From: Octopus vulgaris
Lineage: Eukaryota
Length of the DNA stretch: 64,000 nt
Reading direction: 5' to 3'
Assembly: GCA_951406725.2 (NCBI GenBank)
Contig: OX597827.1
Location: 31,744,001-31,808,000 of the forward strand
Position numbers and translations under genes: made by a program. Positions within the stretch are counted from its first letter, which is position 1; each line of letters opens with the position of its first letter. Shown in pieces: positions 12,334 through 26,724 of the stretch. Under the pieces are notes generated by a model. It worked only from the letters and a program-made list of their open reading frames with translations, ran no database searches and was not told where the DNA came from.

Positions 12334-13451
12334 CCGCTTTTTGTGGAAGAGAAGCGTTCCGATGGTTAGACGATCCATTTGCTGTCAACATCCGCTAAAT
12401 GGAGGGCTGGGTATGCCGTGGTTGATGATGCGCAGGCATGCGCTGAGACTGCGACATCACCAGCATTTCATTGACGACGTTGAACAGGTGTGGTCGCCGT
12501 TTGTGAAAGGCGCTTTTTTGCAGCTCGTCTCTTTGACCGAGCTGCAACCATAGATCAAGCGGAAACAGAGGCTGAGCGAATGGCACCACGAGTGTCGCTA
12601 TTCTCTCGAGCAGTTCTGCTATCCGGGTTCAAACTTGCGTAATTTCAATTCCACCAAGGCGTTCCATAGAGGGCTAGTGGAGGGGAGGTCCAACGACGTT
12701 CTTGAGGAGACTCTGGGCGTCGACAAGAGATACTTGACTCGCCTATTCAAGACCACTTTCGGGCCTGAACCTATGGTCAATTTCTAGAGATCCCTGGCCT
12801 GGCAGTGCTATCGGGGAACATTGCCCGTTCAAGAAAAGACCTACAGACATGGATCAAGAAACAATGAACCGACCTGCCCGAGATGCGGTCGGAACAACGA
12901 ATCCGTTCTGCACTCACTCATGCAATGTCCACATATTTCAGAGCTCTGAACCTATGTCAAACGGCTGCTGTCGCGTGTGGGACAAGTCTAGTTGTCAGCC
13001 GAGTCTATCGTAAATATTGCCCCGCCACCTTCCTTTAACCGGGAAGACAAGGCAGTTTTCATCGTACTGGTGGCTATGGTGAAAAAATTTGTCTGAAAGG
13101 TTTAATAAAAGGTGGGTGAATGTAGCAAAAATGGTACGCATGAATGACAGAACCACTTTGAGCATGAACCTATAAAACAAAAAGAGAGAAGGCGCTTTGC
13201 TCCCTTATTTTTTTCTTTTTCCCGAGGTTACCGTGGTTTTCTTGTAGGTTTTTCTCTCCACGGATAACTCTAATCAGTGTTATATTTTCTTCCACTTTTG
13301 GAAATTTAAATTGTTAAAAACGACATCTTGTTATTTACTTGTGTACATGACCCAAAACGTTTTTCGATCCCTATTGACCGGTTTCGAAAAGAAAAATTCT
13401 ACATTATATGTGTCTCCTCTGTGTTCGACCCTGCGTGGCTAAATAAAAAAA
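12334..13451 (+). mobile_element. Second, longer Tx1-like ORF2 3' fragment of the same family with poly-A end
   Basis: [26 protein letters not shown] (GGLG motif), then sequence paralleling 11440-12220. It ends aataaaaaaaa before (ATCT/ATCC)n. Confidence 0.82.
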
Positions 13452-13666
13452 ATCTATCTGTCCATCCATCCATCCATCCATGTAAATATATTGTTTTATT
13501 CTTTTACTTGTTTCAGCCATTTGGCTGCGGCCATGCTGGAGCACTGCCTTTAGTCGAGCAAACTTATTCTTTGTAAGCCTAGTACTTATTCTATCGGTCT
13601 CTTTTGCCGAACCGCTAAGTTACGGGGACGTAAACACACCAGCAACGATTGTCAAGTGATGGGAAT

Positions 13667-13697
<31 letters not shown>

Positions 13698-13892
13698 TCC
13701 TACGGGCTTCTTTCAGTTTCCGTCTACCAAATCCACTCACAAGGCTTTGGTCGACTCGAGACTATAGCAGAAGACACTTGCTTAAGATGCCACACAGTGG
13801 GTTGATCCCGGAACCATGTGGTTGGGAAGCAAGCTACTTACCACACAGCCACTTCTGCGCCTGTATGTATGTATGTATGTATGTATGTATCT

Positions 13893-14150
13893 ATGCATAC
13901 CTTTCAATGCCGTGTATGCCATAAGGTCTGCAAATCTAACGGAGGTCTCAAAAGACATTTTAAGATCCACAAAGATCAGAACTTAGCTGCAGCTCTTGAT
14001 GGTTCAAATCAGATATGCAATCTATGTGGGTGTCTTTTCAATACATTGTCTGGTTTAAAAAGCCACGCAAGACGCCATGATGGATCTAAAGTGTAGGTAC
14101 AAGAGGTGGTCAGACTCTGCATAAGGAGTACGTATAGTACCATGTATGTA
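13893..14150 (+). mobile_element. 3' end of a LINE (probably RTE clade) encoding two C2H2 zinc fingers
   Basis: FQCRVCHKVCKSNGGLKRHFKIH and ICNLCGCLFNTLSGLKSHARRH, then a stop, a short UTR and an atgt tail. It lies in (ATGT)n, lacks TGEKP linkers and has no clear splice acceptor. Confidence 0.6.
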
Positions 14151-15818
14151 TAGTACAACTCCCTAACCACTAGATCACGTGCCTTCACTAGATCGTTGTT
14201 TCGATTCTCAGACCACGATCTTTTCCCAGATGGCTTGGTAGAGTTGTCGGTTTAGTTGCTGACGGCTTAACCACGCGACAGATTCTACTGTGTTACATTT
14301 TTCATTCCCCCAGGAGGTCGTCGTACACAGGTGTCCTCCAACAGCCGAGACTCCTCTCCAAACGTCAAAGCGAAATGCCGTGATGAAATGCCGAAAACAT
14401 CTTTCAATGATGACAATCATAATTTTGTCTCTTTCAACAACACAAAGACACAATCTCTGCTCATATCAAGCAAGCAATCTTATAGCTCATCTTCCCTAAT
14501 TTGTTCTACATTTATAGAACGAAAACCTTCAAAGACGCTAGCCCTTATTCTGTCCGTTTATATCCGCTCAAAACTTCATTACCTATTCGTAACTTATAGC
14601 AAAAGACAATTATTCAGATTTTCTTAATTCTTTCATACAGTTCATCAAATATCTCTTTATAGAGCAACAATCAAATTCAAATATGAAAATCGTACCTATA
14701 GATGCTAAAAAAAAAAAGTATTGCGCAAGCAGAAAATATCAATTCTATTTCTTGGTGAATAATTAACACCATTACGGATATAACCAGGAAATTTTATTAC
14801 TCAGTGAAAGGGTTAATGGTACACCGAAGGTGACTGGTATAGTTAAAGAATTTATTTACAAGTTTAACAAAGAAGCGTAAGGAACCCATCACGACATCAG
14901 AAAATTTGGTGTCAAAGAGTAGAGACATTAAATTGAAATCTGCTCAAGAAAAAGTAGTCTTGATGGCAAATTTTATTGAAAGTAAGCTTCGTAAGTTAGC
15001 ATTATTCGCGAATGCTTGCGAAGGATATGATGAAGAGCAAAATGAACTTTGCTCACTGAGCTGTAGGAGTTACCAGGAAGTCGATTATTATGTCTCCTTG
15101 TGTGAGGTGAAGAAAACTATAAGGATTTTTAGTGAAAGAAAAAAAAAGGAACAAGTCCTGAGTTCTGACACCATATCTAGACCTTCTTGGTCTTATTTTC
15201 AAGATGAAGTGATTTGTTAGCGTTTATTCACCGCTGCGTTTAATTTATTTCTGTTCTAGGCAAAAGGCCCGAAATTTTAAGGGAGGGGCCCAGTCGATTA
15301 AATCGACTCCAGTACACAACTGCTACTTAATTTATCGACCCCGAAAGGATGAAAGGCAAAGTCAAACTCGGCAAAGTTGAACTCAGAACGTAAAGACAGA
15401 CGAAATACCTATTTCTTTACTGCCCACAAGGGGCTACACACAGAGGGGACAAACAAGGACAGACAAACGGATTATATCGACCTAAGTGCGTAACTGGTAC
15501 TTATTTAATCGACCCCGAAAGGATGAAAGGCAAAGTTGACCTCGGCGGAATTTGAACTCAGAACGTAGCGGCAGACGAAATACCGCTTAGCATTTCGCCC
15601 GGCGTGCTAGCGTTTCTGCCAGCTCGCCGCCTTAAAAATGAATGAAAGGCAAAGTCGACCTCAGCAAGAGTTTGAACTCAGAACATAGAGATGGAGAAAA
15701 TGCTGCTAAATATTTTGTCTGGTGTGCTAACCATTCTGCTAGCTCGCCGCCTTACCGCTGCGTTATATTGTGCACAAAAAAGCGTTTACAGGTATAATGC
15801 TATTACTGATGCTATCTG

Positions 15819-15852
<34 letters not shown>

Positions 15853-15895
15853 AATTTACAAATGTGTGTGTGTGAGTATACGCGCGCACACACGC

Positions 15896-16004
<109 letters not shown>

Positions 16005-16922
16005 GGTGGATGTATGTGTGTGATTATACATGCTCGTGCGCGCACATACACATTCACAGTTGTGATGCATTTCAAATAAGGCAACAAAAAACAAATGGGC
16101 CATCAATAAAGATTGATAGGGAAGAGCTTTCGGTAAAAATGAAGACAGCACCGATGGATCTACTGGATATTCACAAGTCTAATCCTTTAATAAGATGTTA
16201 GATGATCCTTTATTATCGTGTGATTTTTCCGTCATTATCTCCTTGCTTTTTTCCCTTCCGTATTTTCTCGTCATAAATTTGTCCTCATTTTCCTGTACGC
16301 CTGTACTTATGCTGTTCTAATTAGATTGTAGGTACTGTTAGAATGAGCGATATTCTGTTAGGTGTCGAAATTGCGATGACTTCTGATAATGAAAACCAAT
16401 GAAAGGATCAGATCCATTGGCGTTTTTTTCACTTTTCCCCACCCAAAAATTCTCTGCTCCGTCTGTTTTGCTTTATGCTGCTTTTGTCCTTTGCAAGAAG
16501 TGTGTGTGTGTGTTCGTGTGCGTGCGTGTTTGTGTTTGTGTGTATGGGCGTGTGTGTGCGCGCACGTGTGTATGTAGGTGTAAGCTTATGTTTGCCTGTG
16601 CGTGCCTGTGTTTACACATTTATGTATATATGTGCGTGTGTGCACGTATATGTATGTGTATGCATGTGTACATGTTTGCCTATGCGTGTTTGTGCGTATT
16701 TGTTTGTGTTTTTGTATGTGTTTGCGTGAGCACATCTGCGCGTGTATTTGCCTATGCTTGTTTGCCTGTTTGTGTTCGTTTGTTTGTGTGTATGTTTATG
16801 TGTGCGTGTGTGCGCGTGTGCTTATAGGTATGTGTGTGCTTGTGCGTGCGTGTGTGTGCTTGTGTGTTTATACATTTATGTGCGTGTGTATATTTGTGAG
16901 TGTTTGTGTGTGTGAGTGTAAA

Positions 16923-16955
<33 letters not shown>

Positions 16956-17010
16956 TTGCGTGTGCACGTATCTGCTTGTGTATTTGCCTATACTCTTTTG
17001 CGTGTGTATT

Positions 17011-17061
<51 letters not shown>

Positions 17062-17420
17062 TTCTACGAGCGAACGATTACAGGCAGTCGAAAGACAATA
17101 ATTAATAAGTCGATGGCAAGTAGGGAGGTCTCGGGTATTTGAGTGTTCCGTGACAGGCGGAAAGCAACAAACTAACAAATATGGTTGCCATCGGCGTCGG
17201 CACAAGTATTTCTATTTAACGGCAGCAGCTGGAAGTATTTTTATCCTCCAGTTCATTTCACCAACTCCGCTGCTGTACTAAACGATATATAAAAGTAAGG
17301 GTTAACAGCGTGTCACTGGGACAAGATCATCGGACGGACAGGAAATAAGGGAGACGATGACGATGGCGACAGCAACGACCAAAGGCAATAAATTTTTAAT
17401 GTGTGTGTTATACGTGTGTG

Positions 17421-17516
<96 letters not shown>

Positions 17517-17704
17517 TGCAGCTGTCACTTCTGTCGGAGAAATACATTTGTTTCTTGACAATATTCGATTTGGCATGCTTTTAATATTTATGATGTAGGA
17601 TATTGAATCAGTTCGTATACGAGTGTGTGGTGTGTGTTGTGGTTATGTGGTGTGTGTGTGTATGTTTGGCACCCATAAACAATATATATGTGCACATGCA
17701 CATC

Positions 17705-17745
<41 letters not shown>

Positions 17746-17890
17746 ACGCACGCATAAGTACATATGTTTATATACTTATATATGTATGTATAGATAGATA
17801 GATAGATAGATAGCTAGATAGCTATGGATATATATATATACAGATGTATTTATATATATATAATATGTATGCATATATATATATATGTAT

Positions 17891-17928
<38 letters not shown>

Positions 17929-17940
17929 GTATATGTATGC

Positions 17941-17986
<46 letters not shown>

Positions 17987-18561
17987 GAGCAGGTGTGGCT
18001 GTGTGGTAAGTAGCTTGCTTACCAACCACATGGTTCAGGATTCAGTCCCACTGCGTGGCACCTTGGACGTCTTCTATTATAGCCTCGAGCTGACTAAAGC
18101 CTTGTGAGTAGATTTGGTTGACGGAAACTGAAAGAAGCCTGTCGTAAATATATGTGTGAGTGTGTTTGTGTCTGTGTTTGTCCCCCCCACCCTCGCTTGA
18201 CAACCGATGCTGGTATGTTTACGTCCCCGTCACGAAGCGGTTCGGCAAAAGAAACTGATAAAATAAGTACTAGTCTTACAAAGAATAAGTCCTAGGGTTG
18301 ATATGTTCGACTAAAGGTGGTGCTCCAGTATGGCTGCAGTCAAATGGCTGAAGCAAATAAAAGAATAAAAGATAGATAGATATGAATATATATTATGTAT
18401 GTATAAACCTAAAGTAATGCAAACGTGGGCATAACTTCTTTATTTTATTCTGACATAGGCTATTCAATTGCGTATATAGGTAGAGTAACACTGACCCTAT
18501 AGCACTTCTTTTCCTATTCTTCTTCATTGCAGGCAAATAATGGGTTCCAAAAAATTCATGC

Positions 18562-18845
18562 AAAGCCTAGCCAGGCTCATGGGCCTGGTTTCCCAGTTTC
18601 TGTGGCATATGTCCCCACCAGCTGGACAGTGACACACTCGCAGCATTACCCAAGAAACAGGGAGAAAGAGTGAGAGAAATTGGGGTGAATGGAGATGCCA
18701 ACAGGGGTCTCCCCCCCTGCCGGAGCACTGCGTGGAGCTTTAAGATGTTTTTGCTCAATAAACACACACAATGCCAGGTCTGGGAATTGAAACTGCAATT
18801 CTCCAACCATGAGTCCCCTGAACCACTGGGCCATTGCACCTCCAC
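18562..18845 (-). mobile_element. Third tRNA-derived SINE family; tail fragment also at 24447-24520
   Basis: Minus head tggaggtgcaatggcccagtggttcagg...gtttcaattccc and tail cccatgagcctggctaggcttt. Confidence 0.6.
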
Positions 18846-21800
18846 ATTTTAACCATTAATAACTCAATAATATTTTTAAGTTCCTTTATAGAATTAAGAA
18901 TTTTAAATACAAGCATAGATGTAGCTTATCAGAATCAGTAATATTTTCTAGTCATGAATTTAATAACAAAAATAAATGATGCTTGTTTTACTGAAAGCCC
19001 CTTTTTTTCACAACATGGATAATTAAATTTAAATCATAGGCATATGACAAAAATTCTTATAGGTTTCTGTTGCGATCTTTGAGAATAGAACATATGATGA
19101 TGTCATCTAAATCTACAAATAGGCAGATTTAAGGTCATTCAAACGTGAGAATAAAAATATTCGTGACAAAAATCTCGCACTTTATTTATGAAAACACGAC
19201 AGTGTTCATTAGGCCAAACACGTGAGTGGCTTGTATGCTGATTGGTCCAATTGTCCCAAGGCCGATCACCAGTGGAAGGGTGGCCCTTATGACTTGTCAG
19301 TGACAGTTTGTTTGACTTGTAGGCATTCGGGATGCCAACATTGCTAAAATATGAATGTTGTGATACAGATTAACTGCAATGACAGGTATGCAAAAAGCAT
19401 TAAAAAGGTGATAAACCAGAATCAAAGATCAAATCAATGCTTGTGTTGATTTTTGTTCTCCTTCTGCTAAACACAATAGCAATGAAGATTCTCAACAAGA
19501 ATCTGCTCCGATCCCCTTTTTCTCTAATAGTTTAATCCCTTCTCCTTGGCATGAAGACTAACCTCCTATCTCCCCCAGGCTTCATAGTCATGTGAGCTTT
19601 GCATGGTGACAAAAGTGAACAATGGCGGCAATGTATTACAGAATACGAGGACCCTGTTCATGCTGATTGGGAAGTGGTTGGCTTTAGGGAGGACGTCCAG
19701 CTGTTGAAAGCATGCCAAAGTAGATACTGGTGCATGATCCCGTCCTTGGACTCATCAGATCCTTTCAAAGCCAACCAACCCACCCATGCCAGCATGGAAG
19801 GCAAGCATTAAATGATGATGATGATGACGACGACAACCTGAGTTCTTCACTGTGAATTATTGTATTCTATGATGCCTTCTTTGTGTAGGTAAAATTTTTT
19901 TGTTTTGTTTGAAATTGTAGTCATCTTCAGAGTAACTTTGAATCAATCGGGCAACAGATTGGGCATTTAGATTTAAATTAGTAAAAGATATAAAAGATGA
20001 CATCTTCAGGGAAACAAAAATTTGACAATGCTACAGGTGCTAACATATTTGATCCTAACCCACCTGAAAGTATCTTTAGTTCTAAGATAGAAATTTCCCT
20101 GTTTTAACATCAAAATTTCAGGTTCATTTATTCTCCATGCACTGGTTTAACAATCCTTTCTACTATAGGCACAAACCCTGAAATTTTGGGGAAGGGAAAT
20201 AGTCAATTACATCAGCCTAACTGTTTCACTGGTACTTAATTTATCAACCCCAAACGGACGAAAGGTGAAGTTGACCTCAATGGAATTTGAACTCAGAATG
20301 TAGCAACAGTCAAAATACCACTAAGCATTTTGCCCTGCATCCTAACAACTCTGCCAGCTTTGCTGCCTGGGTTTAATAACGACAAAGTTATTTTAATAAA
20401 TTCTTTGTTATTTAATCTTTTACTTGTTTTAGTCATATGACTGTGGCCATGCTAGAGCACCACCTTGAAGTGTTTCAGTTGAACAGATCGTTTACCCCAG
20501 GACTTATTTTATTTAAAGCCTGGTAATTCTGTTGGTCTCTTTTGTCAAACCACTAAGTTATGGGGACATACCTACGATACACCAACACTTTGGTTGTCAA
20601 GTGGTGATGAGGGCACAAACAGAGACACAGAGACAGATATATACATATATATATGACGGGCTTCTTTCATGTTTCCATCTACCAAATCCACTCACAAGGC
20701 TTTGGTTGGCCTGAGGCTATAGTAGAAGGCACTTGCCCAAGGTGCCACACAGTGGGACTGAACCCAGAGCCATGTGGTTGTGGAAACAAGCTTCATACAT
20801 ACATGGCCACACCCACACCCATTACATAAAGATGGATGAAATATTGATAAGCATTTTCATCCAATGTGCTAATGATTCTGCTAATGATTCTGCTTGCTCA
20901 CAGCTTTTCCAAAATTAATCAAAATTGTAAATTTTAAATAAACTCATTAAACGATGATGGGATTCTATAACAAAATTGTTTCCACAAAAGAATGTTTTGT
21001 CATGATATGTACACACTGCAAGCATAACATCTCAACTGAGTCTGTGAAAGGTTGATGGTTGTACAAATGCTAGATATATCTCGTATCAATGAACTTCACA
21101 TATTCCCATTAAAAATTTGGGAACAAAGCATTGGTTGATTCCACACAGGATATGTTGCTTCTGAACGGTTTAATGACTTAAAGATATACACACATTTTAT
21201 TCAAGCTAGCAATACTGTCTTGGATACGAAACTGTCAGCACTTCCACAAATAGACACTAACCAAATTTTACATTGATTGATGGTTAATTATCAATATTAA
21301 CGAGCGCACAAAACAAAGGATAAGTTGTAATAAAGCATTTAAGAGGAACTTAAAGACGTAAGCTGGTGAAATTAATGCATCAGAGGACAAATGGCTCAGC
21401 ACACCACATTTAAGGGAGAAAGGCGTTTTCGTCAACGCCATGATGCATTACATACCAGCATTTATAGAACAACAATCATAGACCCAATAATATATTAACA
21501 ATAACAGTAACAATATAGAAATTAATTATGCACTAAAAAGCCTGCATAAATTCATGCTATATCTCTAGCTGAATAGTAAATCTTTTTTTACAATGCATGA
21601 GAGCTGTCACTCTGGTAACAATTGTAAACCATTATTGCCAGCTCGATGTAACTGTGAAAAAAACTTAGTTGGACTGTGTTGTTGTACCATACGGCAAATA
21701 TGGTAGAGAGTTAGCTCTGTTCAGAAAATTAATTAATTTATTTGAGTTAATCACCAATGAAGTAGTATTTATGCAAATTAAATTAACTGATAGAGTAAAT

Positions 21801-22889
21801 GAGCTACATTTAGTGTTTATATATAGCTATTTCGTATATTAGATATATCAGCAAATCAAAAGGTATTTTTTCTCTGATGAAAATCAATTTGAAACTAAAT
21901 CACAATTTTGAGGTCAGCCAGATATTTTCACTTTTCTGTCCACAGAGGAAAAGAAAAGGCATTTATTTAGAATTGCCACAATACAGTGATGACCTGAGAG
22001 TGTTGTGTGCACAAGGTTTGAAATATATACATACAGTTAACTGTGTGTATATATACTTGTATCACAACACATAGATATATCTAATAATACAACATCCTTC
22101 TAGATACAAAATTGAGGGGGTTGTGGAGACAGCAGTATTCTTCCTGTTTCTGTATTCCACAGGCATTCTATTTACCCAATAAACAAAATGCGAACCATAC
22201 TCATGTGAACGGATCATGGGAAGTAGAAGGACATGGAGAAATCTTTGACTCTTACTACCAACCTGTCCAAGACAGCCCCTCATTATAGGATACAGATTTA
22301 ATGAGAAATATATATTAGCAACAGGGGAAGTATTAATACAAAGTGGTAATATTTATCCCCTCTTAAATGTGAATGTTCTGTCAGAACAATCTAGACTGTG
22401 GAAAATACATCATGAGAGAAAGCATGGGAGAACTTCATATTATCATCTGAGTTTCTTTCATAGTATCTGCAGCAGTATAGTTTGTTCTAACAGAACATCC
22501 ACATTTAAGTGTAGGACAGGCTGTGTGGTAAGTAGCTTGCTTACCAACCACATGGTTCTGGATTCAGTCTCACTGTATGGCACCTTGGGCAAGTGTCTTT
22601 TGCTATAGCCTTGGGTCAACCAAAGCCTTGTGAGTGGATTTGGCTAGACAGAAACTGAAAGAAGCCCATTGTATAACGCCATGTTGGATCGTTATTCCCT
22701 ACACGCAATTTTTTTCTCTCCTTGTTTCTCTCCGTTTTCTTTTCTGTGTATCTTTCTGTTGAAGAGCGTAGGCTCGAAAATGGTGTAAAAGACTTGTTTT
22801 ATTTCTATTCCTGAGCGCCATACTAATACATTATTTGTTTGTACTCCACCTGCCTTCGTCTTTTTGTTTATTTTATGTAAACCTTCCCG

Positions 22890-22928
<39 letters not shown>

Positions 22929-22949
22929 TTTTATATCATTTTCCTTTTA

Positions 22950-23655
22950 TATATTTTATCTAGTTTCAGCTCACGAGCTGTGGCCATGCTGGGGCATTGC
23001 CATTTGGTGTTGCTACATGATTTTACTTCACGAATGCTTTTTAGCAATTGACATTTGGTGCATGAGAGAGTTTGATGCAGCTGCCCTCATCTGCACCTCC
23101 TGTCGTGAAGTTGGTTCATCTGGGACACCTGACAGGAAGAGGCCCAGCTTTATTTATAAAAGACATCTGCATCCACCCCATGCAGGTCTCTCAGGTCCTT
23201 CGGGAGGATATTGAAGAGCTGTGGACCTCTGAAGCCCAGGCTATAACTGTATCTTGTCCCACATCTTGATGGTAAATTTGGAGTCCTTGGCACTATGCAG
23301 TGGCGCCCAGTTCTAGTATTTGTGTAACTCTCGATGCCAAAGTTTGGGACAAGTCCTTCTAGGATCTTCCAGATGTATATTATGGCATATCTTTCTCGCC
23401 TACGCTCTAAGGAATAGAGTCTTAATTATCTTGAGTCTTTCCCATATAGCTTATATGCTGCACAGATGTATCTTCTTTGTGTAGCTTATGTTGAATTGCC
23501 TCAAGTTCTGTGATTAATTTGACACTGGTTGGTGACCATAGCTGAGAGCAATAGTCAAAGTGGCTAAGGACAAGTGTCCTCCAGAGGACCATCATGGTTT
23601 CCTGGTCTCTTGTTCTAAAAGCTCTAAGAATCCATCTGGTCAGCCGCCTACATTT
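22950..23655 (-). mobile_element. CR1-like LINE 3' fragment
   Basis: CRRLTRWILRAFRTRDQETMMVLWRTLVLSHFDYCSQLWSP..LEAIQ is typical of the post-RT region. The 3' end is gccccagcatggccacagctcgtgagctgaaacta. Confidence 0.75.
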
Positions 23656-23687
23656 CATATATATACATATAATAATAATAATAATAA

Positions 23688-24374
23688 ATATAAAGAATAT
23701 AAAGCAAGACATGACAGAGTCGGCCATATGTATTTACACTGAACAATATGTCAGCATTATGAAATCAAAACCGCTGACAAATGGTATAAACACCATCCTG
23801 AAGCTGTGACTGAGGGAGAAAATGTGTCGATTCTGTGGGACTTTACCGTACATACCGACAAAACAATAAAAACTAATAAACCAGATATTATCATAAAAGA
23901 TTAGACAAAAAGGATGTGTTTGTTAATTGACATGAGTGTCCCTTGCGATCACAATATAGCGGCAAAAGAATTTGTATATATATATATTAGTATATATATA
24001 AGGACTTGCTAACGGAAATTGAATATATATGTGGCATCTCAAGGTGACAACAGTACCAGTGATTGTGGGATCTCTAGGAATGATAAAAAGGTACTGAAAC
24101 CTATTTGAAAATGATACCATGTATGCTTACCATCCCTACAGGAAATGCAAAAGATCGTGTCGACTGGAACGGCTCATGTACTGAGAAGAGTATTATCGAT
24201 GTGAAAACAACATCCATTCATGAATTTATTTATTTATTAATTTTTTAAATACATATTTTACCTGTGATATATATGCGTGTGTAATCTGGGAATGCATAGA
24301 ATGAGCTTCTCTGCTCTAGGTGTACGGGAAAACACTTGGCAAGAAACAGAAGAAAATTTGAAGAAAGAAGGAAA

Positions 24375-24375
<1 letters not shown>
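23688..24375 (+). mobile_element. R4/Dong-like LINE 3' fragment (restriction-like endonuclease) in (AAT)n
   Basis: YKARHDRVG...KWYKHHPEAVTEGENVSILWDFTVHTDKTIKTNKPDIII...LLIDMSVP...VPVIVGSLG gives the RHD and PD-(D/E)xK motifs. It is flanked by AAT repeats. Confidence 0.85.
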
Positions 24376-24426
<51 letters not shown>

Positions 24427-26580
24427 TATATATATGTGCCCTATTAAAAGCCTAGCCAGGCTCATGGGCCTGGTTTCCCGATTTCAATGGCGTATGTGTT
24501 CCCCAGCTGGACAGGACACCAGTTTATGTCCCTGTAACTTAGCAGTTCAGCAAAAGAGACTGATAGAAATAAGTACTAGGCTTACAAAGAATAAGTTCTG
24601 GGGTTGATTTGTTTGACTAAAGGCAGTGCTCCAAATGACTGAAACAAATAAAAGAGTATAAAAGTAAATCTAATATTAAAAATTTTCATCAAAATTTCAT
24701 GTATATATATATGTTCCAAACAGCAGTCGAATAATGGGTTCAAATTATATGGCACAAGGCCAGCAATTATGGGAAGAGGGTACATCAATTAAATCAACCT
24801 CAGTGCTCAACTGGTAGTAATTTTATTGACCCCAGAAGGATGAAAGACAAAGTTTATCTTGGTAGAGTTTGAACTCAGAACATGAAGACTGATGAAAGGC
24901 TACTAAGCATTTTGCCTGACATGCTAACAATTATGCCAATTTGCTGCCTATTAAACAGCAGTTTGATAATGCCAGAGTTATTTTACTAAATTTTTCATCA
25001 TTTTCTAATTATTGAAGCAAAAACAGAAATATAGTAACAAAAAAGTCAATGAGAAAATCAAGCAAAAGATTGAAATGCCAAGTTTCAAAACAGGACTTGT
25101 TTAAAAAAAAAACACAAAAATATATATACCCCAGGAATATATATATGTATCAAATATATATGTTTATATATGTATCTTCTTCAGATGAAAATCAATCCTC
25201 AACCCTCAGAATATCTTCTATGATGGCATCAGCGAGGGCTCAAAAAACAAAGGGAAACCATGATTATATAAAGAGAGGATTATCTGAAGTGCTATTTGAA
25301 AATCTGTAACATCAGCTCAACTTCTTGTGAGGTCTTTGCAAATGAGAGAACAGGGTAACAGGATGAAGGAAATGAGAAGGGAAAAATTCTATTAAAAACA
25401 TTTTAAAAATTAGTGAGGAGGAGGAGAGTAAAATGCAAAAGAAAACAGAACTTGATAATAAATCTAAACTCGACATATCCAGAATGTTTCCTGCAGGGGT
25501 GGCCGTAGTTGCAGATGTTCACATGGAATTGGTTTCATTCACCATCATAATTGTTGTTCTAGATGCTATATATGACCACCACAATGACGACCACCACCAC
25601 CACTGTTGTCATCATCATCGTTGTCATCATTATCGACATTGGCATTGTTACTGCCAGCATCATCATCATCATCATCGTTGTTGTTGTCACCATGCATCAT
25701 ACCAACAACACCAATAATAACCTATGATATCACCACCACCACCACCATACTGTCATCACCACCCTACTACTGTCATCCTCATCGTCATCATCATCATCGT
25801 TGTCCTCCTCCTCCTCATCATCATCATCAATACCACTATCACTACCACTTCTATTATCATTGTCATTACCATCACCTACAATGCTGACAATAAACTTATG
25901 GCCACCACCCAGGCTTATTCAGAAGGGATTGCATAGGACCATTCCCATCCTGCCACCCTGTCCACTTTAACCCTAACCCTTTGTACTGCCAGCCATCACT
26001 CACTCTGTTCTGAGCTACTTCTCTAGACATCCATCACCTACTTTCGCCTTTATCTCATCGCACACCCTTTGACTATATACTACCAACCTGTCCAAGACAG
26101 CCCCTCATTATAGGATACAGATTTAATGAGAAATATATATTAGCAACAGGGGAAGTATTAATACAAAGTGTATGTAATATTTATATCTATATATATGATA
26201 TGTTCTGTCAGAACATATCTAGACTGTGGAAAATACATCATGAGAGAAAGCATGGGAGAATCTCTCATATTATCATCTGAGAGTTTCTTTCATAGTATCT
26301 GCAGCAGTATAGTTTGTTCTAACAGAACATATATGTATAAGTGGGACAGGCTCTGTGGTAAGTAGCTTGCTTACCAACCACATGGTTCTGGGTTCAGTCT
26401 CACTGTATGGCACCTTGGGCAAGTGTCTTTTGTTATAGCCTTGGGTCAACCAAAGCCTTGTGAGTGGATTTGGCAGACAGAAACTGAAAGAAGCCCATAT
26501 GTATAACGCCATGTTGGATCGTTATTCCCTACACGCAATTTTTTCTCTCCTTGTTTCTCTCCGTGTTTCTTTTCTGTGTA

Positions 26581-26618
26581 TCTTTCTGTTGAAGAGCGTA
26601 GGCTCGAAACGTAAAAGA
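26581..26618 (+). ncRNA. Minimal hammerhead-like motif with variant core (CUGUUGA); damaged duplicate at 22751-22792
   Basis: UCUUU-CUGUUGA-A-GAGC-guag-GCUC-GAAA-CG-UA-AAAGA within a pyrimidine-rich PLE-like pseudo-LTR. Confidence 0.65.
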
Positions 26619-26724
26619 CTTGTTTTATTTCTATTCCTGAGCGCCATACTAATACATTATTTGTTTGTACTCCACCTGCCTTCGTCTTTTGTATATATTT
26701 TCGTACATATATATATATATATAT

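Larger units (their letters stand above)
22255..26690 (+). repeat. Local duplication of about 610 bp (22255-22865 and 26080-26690)
   Basis: Both begin ctaccaacctgtccaagacagcccctcattatagg and share the same SINE-B/pseudo-LTR junction. Confidence 0.9.

Noticed and set aside
13893-14096. Host C2H2 zinc-finger gene
   Set aside because: Only two fingers, no TGEKP linker, no clear acceptor, microsatellite on both sides. It fits a LINE C-terminus better.
14208-15220. ORFs 14208-14453(-) and 14906-15220(+) as genes; also candidate exons near 25182, 37866, 53333 and 58932
   Set aside because: No recognisable domain or linked exon chain. They cannot be supported without transcript data.
19323-19385. 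Ly6/three-finger-like exon (YECCDTD.CND) between ag and gt
   Set aside because: In-frame stop needs a 1-nt deletion to rescue and no upstream Cys-pattern exons were found. Probably chance.
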